Shown here: piece after piece, positions 1 through 7,586 of the stretch
How positions within the stretch are numbered: the stretch's first letter is position 1
Layout of the letters: each line of letters begins with the position of its first letter
IMG/VR virus record: IMGVR_UViG_3300049924_000399
Coordinates: 1 to 28,162 of that record
Direction: 5' to 3' (one strand)
DNA: 28,162 nt
Source of the DNA: a virus
Taxonomy: Duplodnaviria > Caudoviricetes
Notes under the pieces: generated by a model
What the model saw: only the letters and a program-made list of their open reading frames with translations
Told to the model about the DNA's origin: nothing
Database searches by the model: none
Position numbers and translations under genes: made by a program

Positions 1-132
1 AGGCCGGAACGGGTCTGGCATCATGGCAGGCTGCATCAAGGTTTTGAATTGTTCCCAGCCGCCCAAATCCGGCAAGCCATCACCAATGGCAGGCGTTGAA
101 GCCTTGCCCACATGCGCCACCGGCCCGGTCAT
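1..132 (-). CDS. Partial gene downstream of portal (head-associated protein, runs off window)
   Basis: ATG overlaps the portal TGA (ATGA at 129-132); frame is open to the window edge (MTGPVAHVGKASTPAIGDG...). Function inferred from position only. Confidence 0.5.
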   Translation of the reverse strand, partial: MTGPVAHVGKASTPAIGDGLPDLGGWEQFKTLMQPAMMPDPFRP

Positions 133-1736
133 GCGGCCATGCCGCCTTCAATCATGCGAAGCCCGCCCGCTGCAATGTTGGGCGCGGCCTTCACCATGGC
201 TTCAGCTTCGACTGCCTGCTGTTGTTGCGCGGCCAAGGCTTTGCGAATTTCGGCGCGTTGCTCACTGTCCGGCACCATGTTCTTGGGGATCATCATGGCA
301 TCGGCAATCGCATCACCGGCCTTGTCGAGGTCAAGGTGTTCCGGCAGGTGAACTGGACCAACAAGCGCATTCATCATTTCGGCATAGCGGGCAATGCCGC
401 CCACCTTGTCAGCATCAACCGCCGCTGCCATGGGCGAACGCACACCCACAGACACCAACAATTGGTTGAAATCCATCACGCCGGAGAGATAGCCAAAGCT
501 GGCCAGAATTTCAGCACAGCGCGGCACAATGTCAGGGTAAACCTCACGCCACAGCCGCATGAAGCCGCCCATGTGAACGCCTTTGTTTTGTTCCATGCGG
601 GCTGCAATTTCAGACGCCGATTTAGGCGTGCCTGTTTCATTCGGCAGCCGCGTGTCCATCATCGCATCACGGATTTGCTGGGCATTGCCTTCCATCAGCA
701 TGCTGGCAATGTCCAATCGGCCGGCAGCCGGGTCGAGCCTGGTAATATCAGGCCCCAAAATGCCACCGGTGGATTGCATGGCCCACATGGCACCCGGTTC
801 CATCGAAGCGGTATCAGGGTTGAAGGTCGAACTGCGATAGCCCCAAATCCCCAGCATTTGAATGGCAGCAGCTTTCAACACCAATTCTTGCGCCTTGTTC
901 TGCACCTTGATCGACGGCAGCGCCATCAGAATAGGGCCGCGCCCACGCATTTCACCGGCCACCCGGTAGTAACGTGGCGTTGCCACCGGCTTGGTGCGAT
1001 AGCGTTCAAAGGCAATGAACTCAAGGCACTGCTGATCCATGTAAGCGCCAAAGGCCCATGTGCCATCAGGCTGCTTCCAGAAATCCTGATACAGCGTCAC
1101 CTCGGATGACATTGAATTCTTGCAGCTGTCACGAAACTCTTGTGAGAAATTGCCTTTTGGAAACGCTTCCAGCAAGCCATCCTTGGGCACCATGCGCTTC
1201 CAGCTCACCAGCGTGGTTTCACCATAGGCATCACCACCAAGCGCCACCTCATGGGCAGCAGGTGCATGAAACACAATCGGCCTGTCAGCCGTGCCCCGCA
1301 TGGGGATCAGCACACCCGTGCCAAAGCCCAGGTCAATGCACATTTCATGGGTGGCTGTGTCAAGGTTGCCCGCTTCCATGAAGGGGTACATGAATTCGCC
1401 AGTGCGCTCCAATTCACGGTCGAGCTTTTCCAACTCGCGCATGCCGTCAACACCACGCCGGGATTTTTCCACCCGCACAAGCCCGCCAGCACGAAGCGCC
1501 GGCGGCTGCGAAAACAGCAGCCGTTGCAGCGTGCCCGCCAAGTGCATGGCACTGTTGGGGCCGGTCATATCAAAAATATTGTCGGCAATCTGCTTTGACG
1601 CCGCCATGCCACCGCTCTTGCGGTAGGGGATCACATAGTCATGTGCATCCTGGTAAAGATGATCCCAGCCGGAATGCAGTTGCCAAGCCCGATCAGACTT
1701 GGTTTTGCGCAAGGCTACAGCCGATTGATCGCTCAT
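129..1736 (-). CDS. Portal (head-to-tail connector) protein, podovirus type
   Basis: 535 aa near terminase; motifs IFDMTG..SA..LA, D..FGTG, PRYYRVAGEMRGRGP, SASEI..R resemble T7 gp8/Bbp21-like connectors. Confidence 0.88.
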   Translation of the reverse strand: MSDQSAVALRKTKSDRAWQLHSGWDHLYQDAHDYVIPYRKSGGMAASKQIADNIFDMTGPNSAMHLAGTLQRLLFSQPPALRAGGLVRVEKSRRGVDGMRELEKLDRELERTGEFMYPFMEAGNLDTATHEMCIDLGFGTGVLIPMRGTADRPIVFHAPAAHEVALGGDAYGETTLVSWKRMVPKDGLLEAFPKGNFSQEFRDSCKNSMSSEVTLYQDFWKQPDGTWAFGAYMDQQCLEFIAFERYRTKPVATPRYYRVAGEMRGRGPILMALPSIKVQNKAQELVLKAAAIQMLGIWGYRSSTFNPDTASMEPGAMWAMQSTGGILGPDITRLDPAAGRLDIASMLMEGNAQQIRDAMMDTRLPNETGTPKSASEIAARMEQNKGVHMGGFMRLWREVYPDIVPRCAEILASFGYLSGVMDFNQLLVSVGVRSPMAAAVDADKVGGIARYAEMMNALVGPVHLPEHLDLDKAGDAIADAMMIPKNMVPDSEQRAEIRKALAAQQQQAVEAEAMVKAAPNIAAGGLRMIEGGMAA

Positions 1737-1963
1737 CAGGCCACCGTGGAAGGCAAGTTACTGGCCTTGGCATCAGCCAGTAAGCGCCGCCCTTTGGCAT
1801 TGCGGCGCACCAATCCAGTGCGAGCCGTTTCTTCCGCTGCCGTTGAAAGCTGGCGCGCATTGGCAACACCCTGTTGCTGGCGGCTTAAAGCCTGCGCCGC
1901 TTCAGCCGCTTTTGACGCCTTTTTCGACGCGGAACCCGTCAACATTCCAACTACACCACCCAT
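1736..1963 (-). CDS. Small basic Ala-rich protein, probably virion-associated
   Basis: 75 aa MGG-start protein whose stop overlaps the portal start; typical position in this phage class. Confidence 0.6.
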   Translation of the reverse strand: MGGVVGMLTGSASKKASKAAEAAQALSRQQQGVANARQLSTAAEETARTGLVRRNAKGRRLLADAKASNLPSTVA

Positions 1964-1966
1964 GGG

Positions 1967-2356
1967 CTACCTCCGAAAAATCCAGATTTCAGGGTCTGCC
2001 ATCCGGGACGGCGCAAACCCCACCAGCCTTGCCATCCTTTGCGCGCGAGGGTCACTCACGCGAATTCTGGCAAAAACCATGACGCCACTCTGCACCACCC
2101 GCCCAATCGTCAATTGCGCCATGCGCACCATGGCCACCATGTTGCTTTGGGCCGGTGGCGCCACGATCAGGGCAAACTCAGCCCGCCGCGCCCGGTGCTT
2201 CCAAAACATGCCAAGCGCCAGCCGCACCCCGGCATCCCCCTCCACCACAAAGGCTTCGGCATGCCGCACTTGGTACACCAGCACTTTCCGCAAAAACGCC
2301 CGCGACCCCGCAAATTCCAGGGCATCAAAAAACGTGGCGGGCCGCAGACTGATCAT
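1967..2356 (-). CDS. GNAT-fold-like protein (possibly T7 gp13-like)
   Basis: 129 aa coupled to terL stop; N-terminal ISLRPAT and C-terminal D.RAQRMARLVGF resemble GNAT signatures. Confidence 0.45.
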   Translation of the reverse strand: MISLRPATFFDALEFAGSRAFLRKVLVYQVRHAEAFVVEGDAGVRLALGMFWKHRARRAEFALIVAPPAQSNMVAMVRMAQLTIGRVVQSGVMVFARIRVSDPRAQRMARLVGFAPSRMADPEIWIFRR

Positions 2357-3981
2357 TTCCAGAGGTTGATGTTGCTTTTCACCACTGTGTGGCCCCGCAG
2401 CGGCGTCACATTGGCCCCACGTCCCATGTTGGCAGCCTCAGAAATCACGCCCATGCGGCCCCGGTGGCCCAAGCAGAGATATTGCAGCGCATCATGGATA
2501 TGCGAATATTCATTCTTGGCCACGGCCAGCTTGTCGGTTTGCCCGGCACTGGCCTGCTTTGTCAGTTTGTAATGCGCCGCAAAACCACCGCGCAACCGCT
2601 TGCACCGCGCACTCAACAGCAGCCGCGGCGTGTTGCCGTCGATCGGCCGCGACAGGTAATGCCGCACCGCATCTTGCCGCAAGCCCGGTTCGTTAGATTG
2701 CGTCGGTTGAATAGGCACCTGCAAGGCACGGGCCACAATATCGACCCAGCTCATCTCACCGGCAATCTTGTCGGCACCATACCAGCTCGAAGGATCAGCA
2801 TAAGCCTCATTGATCGCCATGCGCGGAAAGCGCGCCATCAAAACCTCAAACACCTGCTCGGAAAAGCGCGAGGGACCAGTGCCAGGGTCTGCGCAAATCT
2901 CATCCAGCAGCCGCAACTGGCCATTGGGCATGAATTGGCCAATCACACAGGCCGGTGAACCGCCCGCATCCATGCCCAGGGCCAGCGGCAGTTGTTGCAC
3001 CGGCTGCAACACTTCGTCCGATACATGCACATCATTGTTGAATTCGTTTTCATAAACCGGCTTGCCATCCTTGGCATAGCCAATCTCGCCATAGACATAG
3101 CGCCGCGCCTTGTCAGGCGTCATGGCACTCAGATCCTGCTCATAGGCCGAACGCGGCTTTCCCACGCGGTTTTCAGCCTTCGACGAAAGCCCCGAAGGCT
3201 GCCGGAACAGCTTATACATCGGGTGTTTTTCCGGCTCCTCCACCAGGTTGCGCGCCACCCAGTTGTCAGGGTCTGGCGGGTTGCAGTCCCCCCACAGCAC
3301 ACGCGGCAACAGCACTTCGTCGTCGTCAATCTTCAAGCCCGCTGTCTGCATCACCTTGCGGTAAGGCCCCATCACCCGGTCCATTTCGGAAGGGGCAATC
3401 ATGTCCACAGGCGGATAGCGCCCCGTGCGCGAGAACATCAGGCCTGGAATAGCCTCGTCGTGCAGGTCGATTTCGTTCAACCACACCATGCTGGTCTGAA
3501 AACCCTTGGCAAATTGCTCCGGGTTGGTTTCGCCAATCGCCGCAAAATAGGCCGTGAACTCCACGGGGATCAATTCGCGCACCCCCTCGCGCTTGGCATG
3601 CCAGCGCAGCTTGTGGGTGGTGGGCCGGTCGACACCGCCCGTATATTCCACCGTCCACGGGTGGTTTTTCGGGAAAAGATAACGCGGGTTATGCCAGCTT
3701 TCCAAGGCCGTTCGCGCCATGTCGCGGTATACATCACGCAGCACCGTCACATGAACCCTGATGACCCCATCTTTGCAGACTGGATACCAGCTTGTGGTCA
3801 GATGCGGCCCCTTATAGGCGCTGCCATCGGTCTTGCCGGACCCACCGGGCCCCATGATGATGCTGATCGGGTGGGTGCTTTCAATGTAAGCCGCCCCGAT
3901 TGGACCGGGCGGCTCATACTGCTGCATGGTATATTTTTTCTGCGTTTGACCCAAACCCGGCACCCCTTGTGGGCAGCGCAC
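2353..3981 (-). CDS. terL: Terminase large subunit (start may be ATG 3927)
   Basis: Walker A GPGGSGKT, Walker B-like VWLNEI, coupling motif DCNPP, RNase H-like nuclease GMDAG...ADP...SHIHDALQY. Confidence 0.92.
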   Translation of the reverse strand: MRCPQGVPGLGQTQKKYTMQQYEPPGPIGAAYIESTHPISIIMGPGGSGKTDGSAYKGPHLTTSWYPVCKDGVIRVHVTVLRDVYRDMARTALESWHNPRYLFPKNHPWTVEYTGGVDRPTTHKLRWHAKREGVRELIPVEFTAYFAAIGETNPEQFAKGFQTSMVWLNEIDLHDEAIPGLMFSRTGRYPPVDMIAPSEMDRVMGPYRKVMQTAGLKIDDDEVLLPRVLWGDCNPPDPDNWVARNLVEEPEKHPMYKLFRQPSGLSSKAENRVGKPRSAYEQDLSAMTPDKARRYVYGEIGYAKDGKPVYENEFNNDVHVSDEVLQPVQQLPLALGMDAGGSPACVIGQFMPNGQLRLLDEICADPGTGPSRFSEQVFEVLMARFPRMAINEAYADPSSWYGADKIAGEMSWVDIVARALQVPIQPTQSNEPGLRQDAVRHYLSRPIDGNTPRLLLSARCKRLRGGFAAHYKLTKQASAGQTDKLAVAKNEYSHIHDALQYLCLGHRGRMGVISEAANMGRGANVTPLRGHTVVKSNINLWK

Positions 3982-4283
3982 CCCAAACCCGCGCCCGCCC
4001 TGAACCCTGAAACTAATCGGCGGGCAGCGGCGTCAAGTCAGGGGCAAGCCTCAAAAGGCAGGTGAGTGTGCCAACGCACCCCCATACGGGGGTGGGTGGC
4101 TTCGCGTTTTAGAAATTGGAGAGCGCGTTTATAGCCGCATCGACCTGCCCCTGCCTGCTCCTGGTGGTGGAGGGGCGAAGGGGCTATGAGTGGCTGATCA
4201 TGCTGCACTGTGCCCACTGCAGGCGGACGGTTTTCAATCGTCTGGCTGGCTCAATGAATTCAATCACTTAAACCCCGTGAGAC

Positions 4284-4904
4284 TTATTCCTGTGAGACTG
4301 CATTTGGCGTGATGTTGATTTCATTGGATAATTCGTCAATCTCTCCGGTCAAGCTCCAAGCCTTCACTGGCCCTTCTCCGGGTGCCACCAAGCGCCCCGC
4401 CATCATCACATGCGCAACCTTTGCCGATATGTCATGTTTGATTTCGTGTTTTTTGGCGAATTTGTAGGGCATAAGCTCGCCTGCTGCCTTGGCCTGCATG
4501 CCGATAATATCCATGATCAAGCCCATGGGGGGTGCCCAAACAGGGCCATATGTCGCTGATTGCGCAATGGCTCTGGCCAGCTCTACAGGGTCGGCGCTGA
4601 TGATTTCCATCAATCGCACCTCTGGGGCCTTGAAGCCACGCGCTTCAAGATAATCAAACATTTCATCATTGCGCCTGTTGGCTGAACCTTCCGGCCTTCC
4701 CCGTGCCCTACGCTTCGCATTCAATGTTTCCGCCACCCTGCCGAGCACGTCAAGGTCATCGGGCTGATCATCGACAAGCCCAGGCAGCATCGGGGCGGGT
4801 GCCACCTCGCCCAAAACCTGCCGGATCGCCGCATCTGCAGAATTTTCCGCCTCCGCGCGCAAGCCCAACTGCCCCTTTTCGGTGCTATCCATGGGCTGCA
4901 ACAC
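4284..4904 (-). CDS. terS: Probable terminase small subunit
   Basis: 206 aa upstream of terL; RGRPEGSANR motif and AAGELMPY..AK segment typical of small terminases. Confidence 0.6.
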   Translation of the reverse strand: MLQPMDSTEKGQLGLRAEAENSADAAIRQVLGEVAPAPMLPGLVDDQPDDLDVLGRVAETLNAKRRARGRPEGSANRRNDEMFDYLEARGFKAPEVRLMEIISADPVELARAIAQSATYGPVWAPPMGLIMDIIGMQAKAAGELMPYKFAKKHEIKHDISAKVAHVMMAGRLVAPGEGPVKAWSLTGEIDELSNEINITPNAVSQE

Positions 4905-4958
4905 TCTGAAACGAATTGTTTATTCCGCTGGCAACAGGGCGCAAAGCCGTCAAGCGGC

Positions 4959-5202
4959 GGTCACCAAGGCGGCGCAATTGGCTGGGCTGGTTACTTTTTG
5001 GTGACCGAATTCCGCAAGCAATTTCATATAGATACATACTGGGTAACCACGTAACCAAGTAACCAACCTTCCTATACGCATGCGCGCGCGCGCGTAAAAA
5101 AAACGCTTTAGGTGGTGACTTGGTGACCTTTAACATAAGTGCTTGTTTTCCCTTGGCAATCATCGGTAACCACGTGGTCACCATTGGTAACCAGCGGTTA
5201 CC
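4959..5202. repeat. Cluster of GGTNACC/GTAACC heptamers; candidate replication origin
   Basis: Copies at 4959, 4989, 5000, 5042, 5051, 5059, 5114, 5122, 5165, 5176, 5186, 5196 in non-coding DNA; includes A-tract and IHF-like site 5136-5148. Confidence 0.6.
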
Positions 5203-5449
5203 CTACCCCGTGCCCTGAGGTGATCTGCAAATTCCCATGGCGCTAGGCCTGTCAAATGCTCGCCTGCGCTAGCAGGCGTCTGCGGCCTTCCTTCAACCCC
5301 AAAGGGCCGGGGTTGGGCGTCAAGTGGTGTGGGATGAATGGGCGGGGGAAACGGGGTCGGTAGTAACGACGCCCTTTGGCAAGTTGAGCTCAAGGGTACA
5401 CACATTGTGAGTACCCTTGTCGTGCTGGGGTCGCTATTAGATACCTCAG

Positions 5450-5719
5450 CTATTGGTCAACACGCACATAACAGGGTGAAAAGCTGCTTTGGCCGCAGGC
5501 ATCAGGTGCAGCAGCAGCGCTTCGCACATTCACGTCAAGTTCTACGCTTGGCGAAACCTCTTCAAGCCGCACCAAAAGCACGTCTTTGGAGTAGCCAGCC
5601 TGTTGGAATGAGGCCCCTTGTGACAACGTGGGCGCGGGCAATGGATGCGTCCACGACCATGCTGATAGCCCTGTAAATACGCCCATTGCGATGGCAGCAG
5701 CCAGCTTGATCTCGTTCAT
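5450..5719 (-). CDS. Small exported protein, unknown function
   Basis: MNEIKLAAAIAMGVFTGLSAWS signal/TM N-terminus, AAGGGG RBS, C-terminal Cys pair. Confidence 0.6.
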   Translation of the reverse strand: MNEIKLAAAIAMGVFTGLSAWSWTHPLPAPTLSQGASFQQAGYSKDVLLVRLEEVSPSVELDVNVRSAAAAPDACGQSSFSPCYVRVDQ

Positions 5720-5833
5720 TGTGGTGTTCCCCTTGATTGTTGCAACCAAATCGTGCCATGAGTCTGGGGTGGCTGAAAACCACTAACTGCAACCGGCACC
5801 CGTCACGATAGTTTTGCGGAGGAATACGCAATA

Positions 5834-5911
5834 TGGCGGGGGTGCGACGGATAAGGCGGGTAACCGCCCAAGAAGTCCGCCTGCGTTGCAGCAGGTTTTC
5901 AACCCCCGCCA
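5834..5911 (+). ncRNA. C4-like antisense RNA no. 1
   Basis: 10-bp outer stem 5834-5843/5902-5911 with two inner hairpins; seeds GTTGCAG (5885) and GGTTTTCA (5894) complementary to sites at 5787/5958 and 5774/5923. Confidence 0.75.
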
Positions 5912-5974
5912 CCAGCGGTGTCTGAAAAGCAAAGCTGGTGGTGAACCGAAACCCTTAGCTGCAACAGGTGCATA

Positions 5975-6832
5975 ATGAATGCCATCACTCCCTTTGTATT
6001 TGAAGACAATCTCGTGCGGTCCGTCATCCGCAACAGCGAACCTTGGTTCGTTGGCAAAGACGTTTGCCACGTTCTAGGCTTGAAAGATCACAAGCAGGCC
6101 CTTGAAAAGCTCGATGAAGATGAGAGGGGGCGGTACAATGTACCCACCCCTTCCGGCGACCAGATGGCCATTATCATCTCCGAACCCGGCGTCTTCCGCC
6201 TGATCTTCACCTCGCGGAAAGCCGAGGCTGAGCGTTTCAAACGCTGGCTGGCCCATGATGTGCTGCCCACCCTGCGCCGCACGGGTGCCTATGAGGCCAA
6301 ACCATCACCCCACGTTCAAACCTTCGAGCCAGACGCCCTGCCCGTTCTCACCGTCAAGCTGGCCATGGTGCGTGAGGCGCGGCAGCTGTGGGGCCACGAC
6401 AGGGCACGGGCCGTGTGGCAGGCCTTGGGATTGATGCCCATGCCGGAAAACCACATTGGTGGCCAGGACGAGGCGCTTGAATGCCTCAACACACTTCTGG
6501 ATGGCCAGGTGCAGGGCCGCGAATTGCGCGACTGGCTGGCCGATGCACTGGAAGGTGATGACGAGGCCTTTGAGGTGGCCAAGCGGGCGGGCCTGTGGGC
6601 TGAGGCTGACAATGACGGCTTTGCCATCGCCAACCGCAGCCTCACCTTTGAGCGCATCCTCCAAGGCACCCGCTGGGCCAAGGCCAGCTGGCAACCCGTG
6701 TTGCGCAGGCTTCACGGCACCACCACCGTGGGCAACCGTCGCTATGAACCCAACCTGAAAAACGCCAACGGCGGCAATCCGCGCGGCGTCTTCATGCCCG
6801 CCAAATATCTCGACTTCACCGCCGATCGCTGA
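5975..6832 (+). CDS. BRO-N domain phage antirepressor
   Basis: FEDNLVRSV...EPWFVGKDVC..LG...IISEPGVFRLIFTSRK.EAERFKRW...VLPTLRRTG.Y is a clear BRO-N domain. Confidence 0.9.
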   Translation: MNAITPFVFEDNLVRSVIRNSEPWFVGKDVCHVLGLKDHKQALEKLDEDERGRYNVPTPSGDQMAIIISEPGVFRLIFTSRKAEAERFKRWLAHDVLPTLRRTGAYEAKPSPHVQTFEPDALPVLTVKLAMVREARQLWGHDRARAVWQALGLMPMPENHIGGQDEALECLNTLLDGQVQGRELRDWLADALEGDDEAFEVAKRAGLWAEADNDGFAIANRSLTFERILQGTRWAKASWQPVLRRLHGTTTVGNRRYEPNLKNANGGNPRGVFMPAKYLDFTADR

Positions 6833-6848
6833 GAGCCATCACGACACG

Positions 6849-6881
6849 AAAAAGCCGCCCTGCTCATCACGGGGCGGCTTT
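6849..6881. terminator. Intrinsic terminator, likely bidirectional
   Basis: AAAAAGCCGCCC...GGGCGGCTTT between convergent genes. Confidence 0.75.
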
Positions 6882-6903
6882 GTGTTGGGTGGATGGTCTG
6901 CGT

Positions 6904-7149
6904 TTAGTTTTCACTTGGCTGTGGAATGGCAAATTTCAATTTTCCCATCCACGTCCATGATGAAATTTGAGGCGTTCCACTGGCACAATAGATTGCAACA
7001 ACATTGCCGTATTCGCCTGATGTTGAGATTTGCATTTTTGCCGTTTCCACAGACTTAAAGCAGTCCTCTTTCGACGGCATTTCCGCACCATCAAATTGTG
7101 GAGGAGTGCCATTGGCAATAGTCATGACGACCAGGAACCACTTCATCAC
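6904..7149 (-). CDS. Small exported protein, unknown function
   Basis: 81 aa, hydrophobic N-terminus [12 protein letters not shown], two Cys, AT-richer than flanks, overlaps the gapR-like stop. Confidence 0.6.
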   Translation of the reverse strand: MMKWFLVVMTIANGTPPQFDGAEMPSKEDCFKSVETAKMQISTSGEYGNVVAIYCASGTPQISSWTWMGKLKFAIPQPSEN

Positions 7150-7415
7150 GCCGCCTCACTCGTCGCCATGCCCAAGGCCGCCAGATAGACGTCGATCATG
7201 CTTTCCTGTTCTTGCCGTTTGTTGGCGTCCTGTTTGCGCAGGGCGATGACGTGGCGCAACACCTTCACGTCAAAGCCATTGCCCTTGGCTTCGGCATAGA
7301 CTTCGGCAATGTCGGTGCTGATGGTTTTCTTTTCTTCTTCCAGCCGCTCAATGCGCTCGACAATCGTGCGCAGCTGGCCATGGGCAAAGCTGGTCTTAAC
7401 GGGGGTTTGGGTCAT
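7146..7415 (-). CDS. gapR: GapR-like (DUF2312/UPF0335) nucleoid-associated protein
   Basis: [16 protein letters not shown]...[22 protein letters not shown]...YLAALGM matches the family consensus. Confidence 0.9.
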   Translation of the reverse strand: MTQTPVKTSFAHGQLRTIVERIERLEEEKKTISTDIAEVYAEAKGNGFDVKVLRHVIALRKQDANKRQEQESMIDVYLAALGMATSEAA

Positions 7416-7584
7416 GGGGTGGTTCTCCTGTTAACATTAAGGCAAAGTGTGAACTGCCACTTTTGAGGCGGGCCATAAACTTCAAATCCATTTGCTTTTG
7501 TTGAACTGCAACACCAACAACAGCGGCTTGTCGCGCCATCATACGCCGCTCGATTTTGTTCCATTCATCAATGCTAATTTCCAT
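7396..7584 (-). CDS. Hypothetical protein
   Basis: Fills the gap between helicase stop and gapR-like gene; start 7584 or GTG 7590. Confidence 0.5.
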   Translation of the reverse strand: MEISIDEWNKIERRMMARQAAVVGVAVQQKQMDLKFMARLKSGSSHFALMLTGEPPHDPNPR

Positions 7585-7586
7585 GC

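Noticed and set aside
5714-5729. Alphaproteobacterial LexA box upstream of the antirepressor cassette
   Set aside because: GTTC-N8-GTTC rather than the canonical N7 spacing
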